Positions 41,249 to 51,151 of a stretch of DNA of 64,000 bases are shown piece by piece. The notes under the pieces were generated by a model. That model was given only the letters and a program-made list of their open reading frames with translations. It was not told the origin of the DNA and did no database searches. Source of the DNA: Chloroflexota bacterium (GTDB taxonomy: Bacteria > Chloroflexota > Dehalococcoidia > GIF9 > AB-539-J10); contig JBBIMO010000003.1 of the NCBI GenBank assembly GCA_037444365.1, forward strand, positions 10,854-74,853, written 5' to 3'. Within the stretch, counting starts at the first letter, position 1; every line of letters starts with the position of its first letter. A program made the translations under genes and the position numbers.

Positions 41249-41392
41249 ATGGCAACAGCTTATTGCATGAAGTGCAGGAAGAAGAGGGAGATAGCCAGCC
41301 CAAGGCGGGTTATGCTCAAGAATCGCAGACCAGCCACCCAAGGTGTATGCCCTGTCTGCGGCACAAAGGTATTCAGAATAGAGAAGCGCTAA
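41249..41392 (+). CDS. DUF5679-like 47-aa basic Zn-ribbon protein (absent from the ORF track)
   Basis: MATAYCMKCRKKREIASPRRVMLKNRRPATQGVCPVCGTKVFRIEKR; two CxxC; SD AAGGAGG. Confidence 0.85.
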   Translation: MATAYCMKCRKKREIASPRRVMLKNRRPATQGVCPVCGTKVFRIEKR

Positions 41393-41908
41393 GCATCTGC
41401 ATCACCCTGCTCTCTGAGGAGTCGTGCTCTTCTGGTGATGTCACCGGTGGTTGCGTGAACTCCACAGGACAGATGGGCTAGCCCTCTGGGGTATTGTTAC
41501 CCTGAGGATAGTTGTCCTAGTTTTGAGCAATAGCTCCTGGAAGCGGAGAATGCCGGGGTGCTGTTGTCTCTTACAGTCTACGGTCTTGTCAGTTGTCGCC
41601 CGGATCTCCTGCATCCCATATCCTTTGCAACACTTTTCAGGCTTCCCGCCAGGACTTTTCTGATACCTTTATGACGATACGCCAGCAGACACATTGCCAC
41701 TCGGAGGCGCGTGATTGTGGTTGGATGTCCTGAGATCGGGCTCAATGTTGCCTATTGCAATCGCCCCTCCAGAGTTCTTCTCTCGTTTCCTGGTTCCTGT
41801 GGGCCGGTCTATGTTCATATCTCTGCCATCTCCCGGATTCCGTCTCGATCCTGCAACCACAGACAAGAGCTTTTCATTCACCGTGACTTAGGGTAAACTT
41901 TAGCGAAT

Positions 41909-44356
41909 ATGGCTCAGACATACGACCCCCGTGAAATCGAGAGTAGATGGCAACAGAGATGGGCAGCCGACCACATCTATAAGGTACAGGATGATGATAA
42001 TCGTCCCAAATTCTATGCCCTAACCATGTTTCCTTATACTTCGGGAGACCTCCACATCGGCCATTGGTACGCCATGGCACCAGCGGACGCCTATGCTAGG
42101 TTCAAGAGGATGCAGGGCTATAATGTGCTGCATCCTATGGGCTTCGACGCCTTCGGATTACCTGCGGAGAATACCGCCATCAGCCGAGGCATTCACCCAT
42201 ACGACTGGACAATGAAGAACATTGAGAATATGCGTCGACAACTCAAGAGTATGGGGACAATATACGACTGGAGCCGCGAAGTAATCACTTGCCTGCCGGA
42301 GTACTACAAGTGGACGCAGTGGTTCTTCCTCAAGTTTCATCAGGCTGGTCTGGCCTATCGGGCTAAAGCGCCGGTTAACTGGTGCCCCAAATGCCAGACG
42401 GTTCTGGCTAATGAACAAGTGGTTGGAGAAGGCTCCTGCGAAAGGTGTGGCACGCCTGTGACCAAGAGAGAGCTCGAGCAATGGTTCTTCAGAATTACTA
42501 GATATGCCGAGAGACTCCTCGATCACAGTCGTCTGAATTGGCCAGAACGAATAAAGACAATGCAGAAGAACTGGGTGGGAAAGAGCGAGGGCGCGGAGAT
42601 TTCCTTCCCTCTCGAGCATGCAGGCATAGAACAGAAGGAGATACGGGTATTCACCACCCGACCCGATACTATTTTTGGCGTGACTTTCTTTCTCCTCGCT
42701 CCGGAGCATCCCTTAGTGCCTCAACTGACCAGTCCTGAACGCAAAACCGAAGTATCTGAATATGTTGCGTGGTGTCGTCGCCAAGCCGAATACGAGCGCG
42801 TAGCACTGGGCAGAGAGAAAACAGGTGTCTTTCTTGGTAGCTACGTTGTTAATCCAGTCAACAGAGAGAGGCTGCCTGTCTGGATTGCCGATTATGTATT
42901 GCCGACTTATGGCACCGGAGCAGTGATGGCAGTGCCGGCTCACGATGAAAGAGACCTGGCATTTGCCCGGAAGTCCAAACTACCAGTGCGAACAGTAATT
43001 GCTCCCCCGGGGTCCGCAGGTGAGGCACTGGCAGAGGCATACACCGGTTCGGGTACAATGGTGAACTCTGGGGCGTTCAGCGGTCTATCGAGTGAACAAG
43101 GATATGAGGCAATCTGTACACTGCTGGAGGAAAAGGGTTGGGGCAGGCGCACGGTTGTTTATCGCCTCCGCGACTGGCTTGTTTCGAGGCAGAGATACTG
43201 GGGAGCGCCTATCCCCATAATCTACTGCGATAAATGTGGCACAGTCCCCGTACCTGAGGAAGACTTGCCTGTTATGCTTCCTCCTGATGCGGAATTCAAA
43301 CCGACCGGGGAATCTCCACTGAAGTATTGCCACTCATTCGTCAATACCACGTGTCCCAGATGCTCCAGGCGTGCACAAAGGGAAACTGATACCATGGATA
43401 CCTTCATGTGCTCCTCCTGGTATTTTCTGAGGTATGCAAGCCCTAGGACCAGGGTAGCTCCCTTCAGTGACGCCAAGGTCAAGTATTGGCTGCCAGTCGA
43501 TTCGTATACTGGAGGTGCTGAGCACGCGGTCATGCATCTTTTCTATGCGCGTTTCTTTGTAAAGGCACTAAAGGACATGGGACTGGTTGACTTTGATGAG
43601 CCGTTTACTCACCTATTCAATCAAGGGACCATAATCTACCGCGGAGATAAGATGAGTAAGTCTAGAGGCAACGTAATAGCTCCTGACGAGTATGTGGTCA
43701 AGTTAGGGGCTGACGCAGTTCGTGCATACTTCATGTTCATTGGACCATGGGAGTTGGGAGGGGAGTGGAATGATAAGGGTATTGTTGGCATCAGCCGATG
43801 GCTCAAGCGAGTTTGGGACATGGTGACGGGAAGTTATACCAGCCAATTCATTGATCCTCAGGTTGAAAAGGAACTACGTCATCTCATCCATAAGACAATC
43901 AAGGTGGTAACTGCCGACCTCGAAAACTTCCGCTTCAACACCATGCTTTCTAGCCTCATGGAGTTTAGCAACTACCTGTCCAGGGTTAAAGGGAGCGGAC
44001 TCGTGTCAAGTTCCCTGTGGGGAGAAGCCATTAGCTGTTTTCTGCTTCTCCTCGCTCCCGCCGCTCCACATCTTGCCGAGGAGTTATGGAGCAGGACAGG
44101 GTATTCATACAGCATTCATAATCAAACATGGCCCAAATATGAGGAGGGACTAGCCCAAGAAGAGGAGATTACGTTGGTCATTCAGGTGAATGGCAAGCTT
44201 CGCGACAGGGTTCTTGTACCTGCTTCCATAGGTGAAGTCGAGGCAAGGGAGCTAGCGCTGAGTCGAGACCGGGTGAAGTCCTGTATTCATAACAAGAAGC
44301 TCACCAAGGTCATTTATGTTCCCAGGCGAGTGGTGAACATTGTTGTAGCGTCATGA
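41909..44356 (+). CDS. leuS: leucine--tRNA ligase
   Basis: MFPYTSGDLHIGH, editing domain FTTRPDT / YGTGAVMAVPAHD, KMSKS. Confidence 0.98.
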   Translation: MAQTYDPREIESRWQQRWAADHIYKVQDDDNRPKFYALTMFPYTSGDLHIGHWYAMAPADAYARFKRMQGYNVLHPMGFDAFGLPAENTAISRGIHPYDWTMKNIENMRRQLKSMGTIYDWSREVITCLPEYYKWTQWFFLKFHQAGLAYRAKAPVNWCPKCQTVLANEQVVGEGSCERCGTPVTKRELEQWFFRITRYAERLLDHSRLNWPERIKTMQKNWVGKSEGAEISFPLEHAGIEQKEIRVFTTRPDTIFGVTFFLLAPEHPLVPQLTSPERKTEVSEYVAWCRRQAEYERVALGREKTGVFLGSYVVNPVNRERLPVWIADYVLPTYGTGAVMAVPAHDERDLAFARKSKLPVRTVIAPPGSAGEALAEAYTGSGTMVNSGAFSGLSSEQGYEAICTLLEEKGWGRRTVVYRLRDWLVSRQRYWGAPIPIIYCDKCGTVPVPEEDLPVMLPPDAEFKPTGESPLKYCHSFVNTTCPRCSRRAQRETDTMDTFMCSSWYFLRYASPRTRVAPFSDAKVKYWLPVDSYTGGAEHAVMHLFYARFFVKALKDMGLVDFDEPFTHLFNQGTIIYRGDKMSKSRGNVIAPDEYVVKLGADAVRAYFMFIGPWELGGEWNDKGIVGISRWLKRVWDMVTGSYTSQFIDPQVEKELRHLIHKTIKVVTADLENFRFNTMLSSLMEFSNYLSRVKGSGLVSSSLWGEAISCFLLLLAPAAPHLAEELWSRTGYSYSIHNQTWPKYEEGLAQEEEITLVIQVNGKLRDRVLVPASIGEVEARELALSRDRVKSCIHNKKLTKVIYVPRRVVNIVVAS

Positions 44357-44370
44357 TGAAAAGAAGGAGA

Positions 44371-44827
44371 CTAAGGATAGCATCTATGGTCGCAAAGCTA
44401 TCGGGGAGCGATAATCAAACGCCTTTTGACAAATAAGGTGGCTGTGCCGCAAGATGTGATGATTGGTGATATCAATCCGATGAGGCGCAAGTCATCGAGC
44501 AGGGAGTATAGAGTTAGCGTTCCGGCTGATAACACAAAGGCGACGGCGAAAGTCGGCTTGATTGTTTTAGCAGTTAGGCCTCAGGGCTCACGTCAGGTTA
44601 TGGAAGATGCAAATGATTTGGCGCCCAGGCAGCTAGTATTGTCCGCAGTAGCTGGTGCTAGTCTATCCAATTTGTGTGAAGGCCTGAACCATCCCTGTGT
44701 GGTTCGAGCCGTGCCTAACCTGCCAGCCCAAATTGGGGAAGGAATGACTGTGTGGACAGCAACCCCGCAGACTAATCAAGGGCAAAAAGAACTGGCTCAG
44801 GCTGCGCTGGCAGCTTTGAGCATCTGA
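44371..44827 (+). pseudogene. proC: pyrroline-5-carboxylate reductase remnant (N-terminal half)
   Basis: eroded start and Rossmann motif, LAVRPQ, LVLSAVAG, VVRAVPNLPAQIGEGMT; stops before the dimerisation domain. Confidence 0.8.
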
Positions 44828-44831
44828 TAAG

Positions 44832-45788
44832 ATGGATTCACTTTTCGAATACCGTAACTGTCCCAATTGTGGACAAGATGGTTTTGAGGTGCTCTTTGAG
44901 TCCAGTATGAAGACGGATGATTTCAACGTGCTTTTTGATTATACGATGGAAGGGCATGAGTCTCAAGGAGGCACGGAAGGTTACCTTGTGCCCGGGAAGG
45001 AATGGGGAAGACATGTCAAGTGCAGACATTGCAATCTCATATATATGAATCCAATAGAGAAAGTAAGCAAGACCAATGAATACTACCACAAGGCAAAAAA
45101 CACCCATGCCCCTACTATACGAGAAAGTTACTTGAAGACTGCCGAATCTCAGGTAAGTATAGTTCAAAAGTATGCGACCGGCAAAAGAATCCTTGACATA
45201 GGTTGCGCACAGGGATTCTTTCTGTATAATGCCTCTAAAGCGGGGTATACTACTAAGGGAATTGAAATATCCCAAGATGCAGCAACATATGCCGTAAAGG
45301 AATTTGGCTTGGACATAGAAGCGAAGTCCTTTGAAGAGATCCGATTTCCCGAGAACTATTTTGACGCAGTTACCTTGTGGCAAGTTCTGGAGCACGTGCC
45401 ATATCCGCTCACAGTTCTCAGAGAAGCCCATAGGATTCTCAAGCCCGAAGGTCTGCTAGTAGTATCAACTCCCAACATTGAAGGAATACCAGCCAAGATC
45501 TTAAGAAGGAAGTGGTGGGACATAAAGAGGCTGCATGTCAACCAGTTTAGTACGAGGACCCTTGGAGATACCATCCAGAATGCGGGTTTCAGAAATACAC
45601 GCTCGGTCTCGTATAAAGGATTCGTGAGCTTGTCTATATTACTCACAATGATGCTAAAATACTTGAATGCATATGAGCCGCTGAAATTTCTGTTCAATCC
45701 CGACCATATCCTGGGCAAGGCACTGAATAAGATAATGCTAATATATCCTTCAAATCTAAACCACAGTGTCGTTCTCGGCTTTAAGTAA
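44832..45788 (+). CDS. class I SAM-dependent methyltransferase with N-terminal Cys motifs
   Basis: CPNC, CRHC, ILDIGCAQG, FDAVTLWQVLEHV, LKPEGLL, TPN. Confidence 0.9.
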   Translation: MDSLFEYRNCPNCGQDGFEVLFESSMKTDDFNVLFDYTMEGHESQGGTEGYLVPGKEWGRHVKCRHCNLIYMNPIEKVSKTNEYYHKAKNTHAPTIRESYLKTAESQVSIVQKYATGKRILDIGCAQGFFLYNASKAGYTTKGIEISQDAATYAVKEFGLDIEAKSFEEIRFPENYFDAVTLWQVLEHVPYPLTVLREAHRILKPEGLLVVSTPNIEGIPAKILRRKWWDIKRLHVNQFSTRTLGDTIQNAGFRNTRSVSYKGFVSLSILLTMMLKYLNAYEPLKFLFNPDHILGKALNKIMLIYPSNLNHSVVLGFK

Positions 45789-45811
45789 CAGATGGAGGTT
45801 ACTACTGTTTA

Positions 45812-46804
45812 ATGGCACATCTTTCCTTGTTACAAGGGACTAAGCTTGCCGGAGGGGCAATACGGAACTACATCACTAAGCGTCCCATAGTGGTCTCGTT
45901 TGAGGTAACGCTCTCCTGCAACTGCAATTGCCTCCACTGCGACCTGGGCGGAATAGTCAAGGATGAGAAGCAAATTGCCCCACAAGAGTACAAGGAGATA
46001 ACTCAACGCTTGAAGCCGCTGGCAGCGCAAATATCCGGGGGCGAGCCACTTTTGCGCAAGGACATATTAGCTATAGTTGAAGCTATCAAACAGGGGGGAG
46101 CACAATACGCAATACTTGTCACCAATGGAGTTTTGCTGAATGAGTCCAATTATCTGCAGCTACGGGAAGCGGGGGTGAGTCAATTCTCCGTATCACTTGA
46201 CTTCCCTGATGAGCGTCATGATGAATTCCGACGACGACCAGGTCTCTACAAACGTCTGGAACGCACTCTGCCACAACTGGCAAAGCTTGGCTTCCGTGAT
46301 ATCATCCTGAACACGGCTATAACCAGAGCCAATGTGAGGGAAATACTACCTCTGGCGAGAAAGGCCATTGAGTGGGGGATAGACATATCGTATAGTGCGT
46401 ATACTGCACTGCGGACGGGGAATGGCGATTATTGCCTCAACAACGGGGATGATTTGAAGACTCTGCGCCAGGCCATTGGCGAGCTGATAGTGCTGAGAAA
46501 ACAAGGCATACACTTAACCAATCCAGAACTGACGCTGCGAGATACCCTGAGATTCTTTGAACAAGGACATATGCCGAATTGTAAGGCAGGCGAAAGATTC
46601 CTGGTCGTAATGCCTGATGGAAGCCTAGTCCCCTGTTCACTGCACCGCTGCAAATATGCCACTCGCGAAGAGATGATGAAGGATTTCTCCAGAACCAACC
46701 CCTGCGACAATTGCTACGTCGCCATAAGGTCCTACAGTGAGATGTCACTTTCCAGCCACGTGAAGAACCTCCCCGCGTACCTCCGGCAAATGGTTTTCCA
46801 CTGA
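45812..46804 (+). CDS. radical SAM protein with SPASM/twitch-like C-terminus
   Basis: CNCNCLHC, SGGEPLLR, TNG, VSLD, CKAG..PDG...PC, CDNC. Confidence 0.9.
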   Translation: MAHLSLLQGTKLAGGAIRNYITKRPIVVSFEVTLSCNCNCLHCDLGGIVKDEKQIAPQEYKEITQRLKPLAAQISGGEPLLRKDILAIVEAIKQGGAQYAILVTNGVLLNESNYLQLREAGVSQFSVSLDFPDERHDEFRRRPGLYKRLERTLPQLAKLGFRDIILNTAITRANVREILPLARKAIEWGIDISYSAYTALRTGNGDYCLNNGDDLKTLRQAIGELIVLRKQGIHLTNPELTLRDTLRFFEQGHMPNCKAGERFLVVMPDGSLVPCSLHRCKYATREEMMKDFSRTNPCDNCYVAIRSYSEMSLSSHVKNLPAYLRQMVFH

Positions 46805-46945
46805 GATATATGTTATCAGCGCGTGGCGAGAGTTGTCCGAACCACTAGACACACTAAACAGCAAGCTGGCCCACCATGCGGCACGCCTGGAGCGAGCAGC
46901 TTGCCAAACGAGCACTTTTCAGTGCAATATCTGGTGAGTTCCAGC

Positions 46946-47212
46946 TTAAGTCGCAGCCGGAGTCTTACCAGGATGTAACTTGCGCCACTTGTTTAAGGAT
47001 TGCTCGCGTGTTTCCTTGTGAGCGGGGTCAGGAACGCAACACTCCACAGGGCAAACCTCAACACACTTCTGTGTCTCGAACCAGCCGACACACTCAGTGC
47101 ATTTGCCAGGGTCAATAACATAGATTTCCTTTCCCTCGGTTATGGCCTCATTCTTGCATTCTGGTTCGCAGGCACCACAGCTAATGCACTCTTCAGTAAT
47201 CTTGTATGCCAT
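46946..47212 (-). CDS. YfhL-family 2[4Fe-4S] ferredoxin
   Basis: [11 protein letters not shown] and CTECVG..CVEVCP; SD AAGGAGG. Confidence 0.93.
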   Translation of the reverse strand: MAYKITEECISCGACEPECKNEAITEGKEIYVIDPGKCTECVGWFETQKCVEVCPVECCVPDPAHKETREQSLNKWRKLHPGKTPAAT

Positions 47213-47248
47213 CTTTCTGTTACCTCCTTAGGTTTTTGGCTGCTAATT

Positions 47249-47761
47249 CTACATCCTAGTTCTGCGAGTAGCAAGCTCTCTAGGCACAGAAAACTTCTCT
47301 CTGAGAGCGGCAGCCACGTGGTCAGGGACCATACCCTCAAGACAGCCGCCCAGCTTAGCCACTTCCTTAATCAGAGAGGAACTAAGAAACTGATATTGAG
47401 AGCTAGTCATCAAGCAAAGCAGCTCAATGTCCGGCGCCAGCTTCCTGTTCATCAGCGCCATTTCGAATTCCCGCTCAAAGTCAGAATTCGCCCTCAAGCC
47501 ACGAATCATGACTCTTCCCCCAATCTGGCGTATGAAATCTACAGTCAGCCCCTTGAAAGCTTTGACATGGACGTTGGAGGAGCCACCTACCGCTTCTTTC
47601 ACTAGTTCTACCCTCTGATCCAGAGGAAATAACGGCTGCTTAGAGGGATTCTCATAGATGCCGACAACTAACTTGCCAAACAAGCCTGCTGCCCTCTCAA
47701 TGATGTCCATATGCCCATACGTGAGTGGGTCAAAGGTACCTGGATAAACTGCTACTACCAT
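47249..47761 (-). CDS. coaD: pantetheine-phosphate adenylyltransferase
   Basis: YPGTFDPLTYGH, IRGLR, DFEREF, LSSS. Confidence 0.96.
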   Translation of the reverse strand: MVVAVYPGTFDPLTYGHMDIIERAAGLFGKLVVGIYENPSKQPLFPLDQRVELVKEAVGGSSNVHVKAFKGLTVDFIRQIGGRVMIRGLRANSDFEREFEMALMNRKLAPDIELLCLMTSSQYQFLSSSLIKEVAKLGGCLEGMVPDHVAAALREKFSVPRELATRRTRM

Positions 47762-47763
47762 AG

Positions 47764-48312
47764 CTAAACCTCCTTCTGATATATGAAAACAAAAGTGTCA
47801 CCGTAGCGGCGTTGCTTAACAAGATGAAGTCCCTCATAGGCGGAATCCAAGGGAAACCGGTTTCCGTGACAAAGAACAAGTGCAGAGTTTTGCCCGAGCA
47901 ATTTCGACTTAGCCAAATTCGCTAGTAAATCATCGGCGGAGGGGTCAGAGTAGGGCGGATCCGCAAAAATGATGTCATAAGTACTGTCAAGAAAAGAGAC
48001 TGCTCTGTTAACACTACAACAGTAGACGTGTGCCCGCTGTGATTCCCCTATTCTCCCTAAGTTGGTTCTGATAATGTCACAACAACCTCTTCTGTGGTCA
48101 ACAAAGTCCACCCATTCAGCCCCGTGGCTCAAAGCCTCAATACCCAACGCACCAGTCCCAGCGTATAAGTCAAGAACCCTGCGCCAATTTACCCCAGTGC
48201 TCTCCAGAAGAGAGAATATGGCTCGCTTTGCCACGCCGGTTGTGGGTCTAATTGAGCGCCCTGGCAAAGTCCTCAGATGAGTCCCCTTTACTTTTCCCCC
48301 AGTAACGCGCAT
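47764..48312 (-). CDS. rsmD: 16S rRNA m2G966 methyltransferase
   Basis: MRVTGGKVKG, IRPT, LDLYAGTGALGIEALS, DPPY, YGDT; upstream of coaD. Confidence 0.93.
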   Translation of the reverse strand: MRVTGGKVKGTHLRTLPGRSIRPTTGVAKRAIFSLLESTGVNWRRVLDLYAGTGALGIEALSHGAEWVDFVDHRRGCCDIIRTNLGRIGESQRAHVYCCSVNRAVSFLDSTYDIIFADPPYSDPSADDLLANLAKSKLLGQNSALVLCHGNRFPLDSAYEGLHLVKQRRYGDTFVFIYQKEV

Positions 48313-48392
48313 TCTTGTTGACCCGCGGCGGTGACCTTTTAGCACTATAGTATATTACCATTTCGCCGTTCAGTTCAAGTATGCTGACCTTG

Positions 48393-48421
48393 TTGACTGA
48401 AAGGGTGGTATGTTCTATACT
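48393..48421 (+). promoter_or_regulatory. clpC operon promoter
   Basis: TTGACT-N17-TATACT. Confidence 0.6.
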
Positions 48422-48449
48422 TGAGTCCAAAATTACGAACGAGGCTGAT

Positions 48450-50909
48450 ATGAGCACTGGATTCGAAAGGTTTTCCGAAGGAGCTCGCAGAGTATTGACG
48501 CGGGCGCAAGGAGAAGCGCAGCGTCTGGGCCACAATTACATTGACACTGAGCATATATTGTTGGGGGTAGCCGGTGAGGAGTTAGGGACTGCGGCTAAAG
48601 TCTTAGCTAACTTCGGTGTCTCAATGAGCAAGATTCAGGCGGCTGTGGAATTTGTAATTGGCAAGGGAGAGCGCCGAGCTACCAAAGGGGAGGTTGACCT
48701 TGCTCCTCGAGCAAAGAGGGCAATTGAGTTTGCCGTGGATGAGGCGCGTCGTCTCAATTCCAGCTACATAGGTGTCGAGCATCTGTTGCTGGGACTATTG
48801 CGCGAAAGCGAAGGGGTAGCTTTCAGCGTTTTGGAGAGTTTCGGTATTACCTTGGAACGCACGCGTGATGAAGTAAGTCGAGTTGCCAAGCAGGAAACCA
48901 CGCGAGCCCGCACCGCAGGTCGCGTAGCCACGCGGACACCGACTCTGGATCAGCTTGGAACCGACCTAACCGCCCTAGCGAGGGCGGACAAACTTGATCC
49001 CATTATTGGGCGTCACAAAGAGATTGAGCGCATGATTCAAATACTGAGTCGACGTACCAAGAACAATCCCGCGCTCATAGGCGAAGCCGGTGTGGGCAAG
49101 ACAGCCATTGTTGAAGGGTTGGCCCAACGCATAATAGCTGGGGAGGTTCCTGAGGTCCTGCAGGGAAAGAGGATAATAGCCCTGGACATCGGGGCCCTGG
49201 TAGCAGGAACAAAATACCGTGGTGAATTTGAGGAGAGGCTGAAGAAGGTTATTGAAGAGGAAAAGGCTGCCGGTAATTGCATCTTATTCGTTGATGAAAT
49301 GCAGACTATTGTGGGGGCCGGGGCTGCAGAAGGGGCAGTTGACGCGTCTAATCTCCTGAAGCCCGCGTTGTCACGCGGCGAGATTCAGTGTATCGGTGCT
49401 ACTACGCTGGACGACTACCGCAAATATGTGGAGAAGGATCCGGCTCTGGAGCGGCGTTTCCAACCTATCTTGGTAGCGGAACCTACTATGGAGGAAACTC
49501 TGGAGATATTGCGCGGCATCAAACACAGATATGAAGAGTTTCACCAATTGGATATAAGCGATGAGGCCATTCAGACTGCGGCTACACTAGCTACCAGATA
49601 CATAGCTGATCGCTTTCTACCCGATAAGGCTATCGACCTGGTGGATGAAGCCGGCTCTCGGGTACGAATCAAGCGCGGTAGTGCTCCTATTGGATTAACT
49701 GAGGCAAGGCGGGCTCTAGAAAGCGTCCGCAAAGAGAAAGAGTCGGCTATCGCAGCTCAGCAGTATGAGTATTCCGCCGAGCTGCGCGCTCGTGAGGTGC
49801 AGCTGATAGAGAAGATTGAGACTATGGAGAAGGAGTGGCGGACTAAGCGGGAACAGGGTCGACCTGTGGTTACCTCAGAGGATATTGCCGAGGTAGCTAG
49901 TATGTGGACAGGCATACCTGTAGTGAAGCTGACGATCGACGAGACGACCCGTCTCTTACAGATGGAGGAGGCTCTGCACCGCCGCATCATAGGCCAGGAC
50001 GAAGCCATAAACACCGTGGCTAAGGCGGTAAGAAGGGCTAGAGCCGGGCTGAAGGACCCGAAGCGTCCCATTGGCGTCTTCATATTCCTGGGCCCAACTG
50101 GAGTAGGGAAGACTGAATTAGTAAGAGCTTTGGCCGAATTCATGTTTGGTAGCGAAGACGCTCTGGTCAGGCTTGATATGTCGGAATTCATGGAACGTCA
50201 CACCGTGGCCCGCCTGGTCGGAGCGCCACCCGGCTATATTGGCTACGAGGAGGGTGGGCAGCTGACTGAGGCAGTAAGGCGAAAGTCCTACTGCGCTATT
50301 CTTCTCGATGAAATCGAGAAAGCACATTATGATGTGTTTAATATCCTGCTCCAGATTTTCGATGATGGTCACTTGACCGATGCCAAAGGGCGCAGGGTCG
50401 ATTTTCGTAACAGCATCATCGTCATGACCAGCAATGCCGGCGCTGAGCTTATCAGGCGTGATATGAGCATCGGTTTCTCCTCTCATATTGAAGGAGAGGG
50501 AAAGCAACACATAGAGTACGAAAAGATGAAGGACAAGGTGCTTGGCGAGATGAAGAAAATCTTTCGGCCTGAGTTCCTTAACCGCATTGACGCCACTGTA
50601 GTGTTTCACGCTCTAGACAAAGTACATATCCGCCAGATTGTTGATCTGATGCTCAACCAGGTTGTTGCTTCCCTTAGTGAGAAGAACGTCACTCTGGAAG
50701 TGACCGACGCAGCGAAAGATTTCATAGGCAGCAAGGGTTACGACCCGGTCTTTGGAGCCCGTCCTCTACGCCGCACTATTCAAAATTTGGTCGAAGATCA
50801 GCTATCCGAGGCTTTGCTGCGTGGTGAATTCCTGCCTGGTGACACTGTGATGGTGGATTGCGTGGAGGAGAAAATTGTAATGAAACTACTGGTTAAGGAG
50901 AGAGTATAA
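48450..50909 (+). CDS. clpC: ATP-dependent Clp protease ATPase subunit
   Basis: Clp N repeats, [11 protein letters not shown] domain, GPTGVGKT, ClpP-docking IGF. Confidence 0.97.
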   Translation: MSTGFERFSEGARRVLTRAQGEAQRLGHNYIDTEHILLGVAGEELGTAAKVLANFGVSMSKIQAAVEFVIGKGERRATKGEVDLAPRAKRAIEFAVDEARRLNSSYIGVEHLLLGLLRESEGVAFSVLESFGITLERTRDEVSRVAKQETTRARTAGRVATRTPTLDQLGTDLTALARADKLDPIIGRHKEIERMIQILSRRTKNNPALIGEAGVGKTAIVEGLAQRIIAGEVPEVLQGKRIIALDIGALVAGTKYRGEFEERLKKVIEEEKAAGNCILFVDEMQTIVGAGAAEGAVDASNLLKPALSRGEIQCIGATTLDDYRKYVEKDPALERRFQPILVAEPTMEETLEILRGIKHRYEEFHQLDISDEAIQTAATLATRYIADRFLPDKAIDLVDEAGSRVRIKRGSAPIGLTEARRALESVRKEKESAIAAQQYEYSAELRAREVQLIEKIETMEKEWRTKREQGRPVVTSEDIAEVASMWTGIPVVKLTIDETTRLLQMEEALHRRIIGQDEAINTVAKAVRRARAGLKDPKRPIGVFIFLGPTGVGKTELVRALAEFMFGSEDALVRLDMSEFMERHTVARLVGAPPGYIGYEEGGQLTEAVRRKSYCAILLDEIEKAHYDVFNILLQIFDDGHLTDAKGRRVDFRNSIIVMTSNAGAELIRRDMSIGFSSHIEGEGKQHIEYEKMKDKVLGEMKKIFRPEFLNRIDATVVFHALDKVHIRQIVDLMLNQVVASLSEKNVTLEVTDAAKDFIGSKGYDPVFGARPLRRTIQNLVEDQLSEALLRGEFLPGDTVMVDCVEEKIVMKLLVKERV

Positions 50910-50911
50910 AT

Positions 50912-51133
50912 ATGCCTAGAGAAACAATCGAAGCGCCACTACCGGGAAAGATAGTCCGGGTTGAGGTCACTGTGGGAAACACGGTGCAGGAGGGCGGCGT
51001 GATTTGCACGATAGAAGCCATGAAAATGGAGAATCCTATACTATCTCCGGCAAAGGCGTCAGTTGTAGAGATAGCGGTGTCACCCGGCCAGACAGTCAAG
51101 ACCGGAGCAAAGCTAGCCGTTATCGACTACTGA
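50912..51133 (+). CDS. stand-alone biotin carboxyl carrier protein
   Basis: APLPGKI, EAMKM biotinylation motif. Confidence 0.9.
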   Translation: MPRETIEAPLPGKIVRVEVTVGNTVQEGGVICTIEAMKMENPILSPAKASVVEIAVSPGQTVKTGAKLAVIDY

Positions 51134-51151
51134 ATATCTTGACCAGGGGAC

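Noticed and set aside
48339-48398. CIRCE or CtsR heat-shock operators before clpC
   Set aside because: Only a CIRCE half-site (TTAGCACT) is present, and the TGAC[CT] repeat has a 9-nt rather than 10-nt period.
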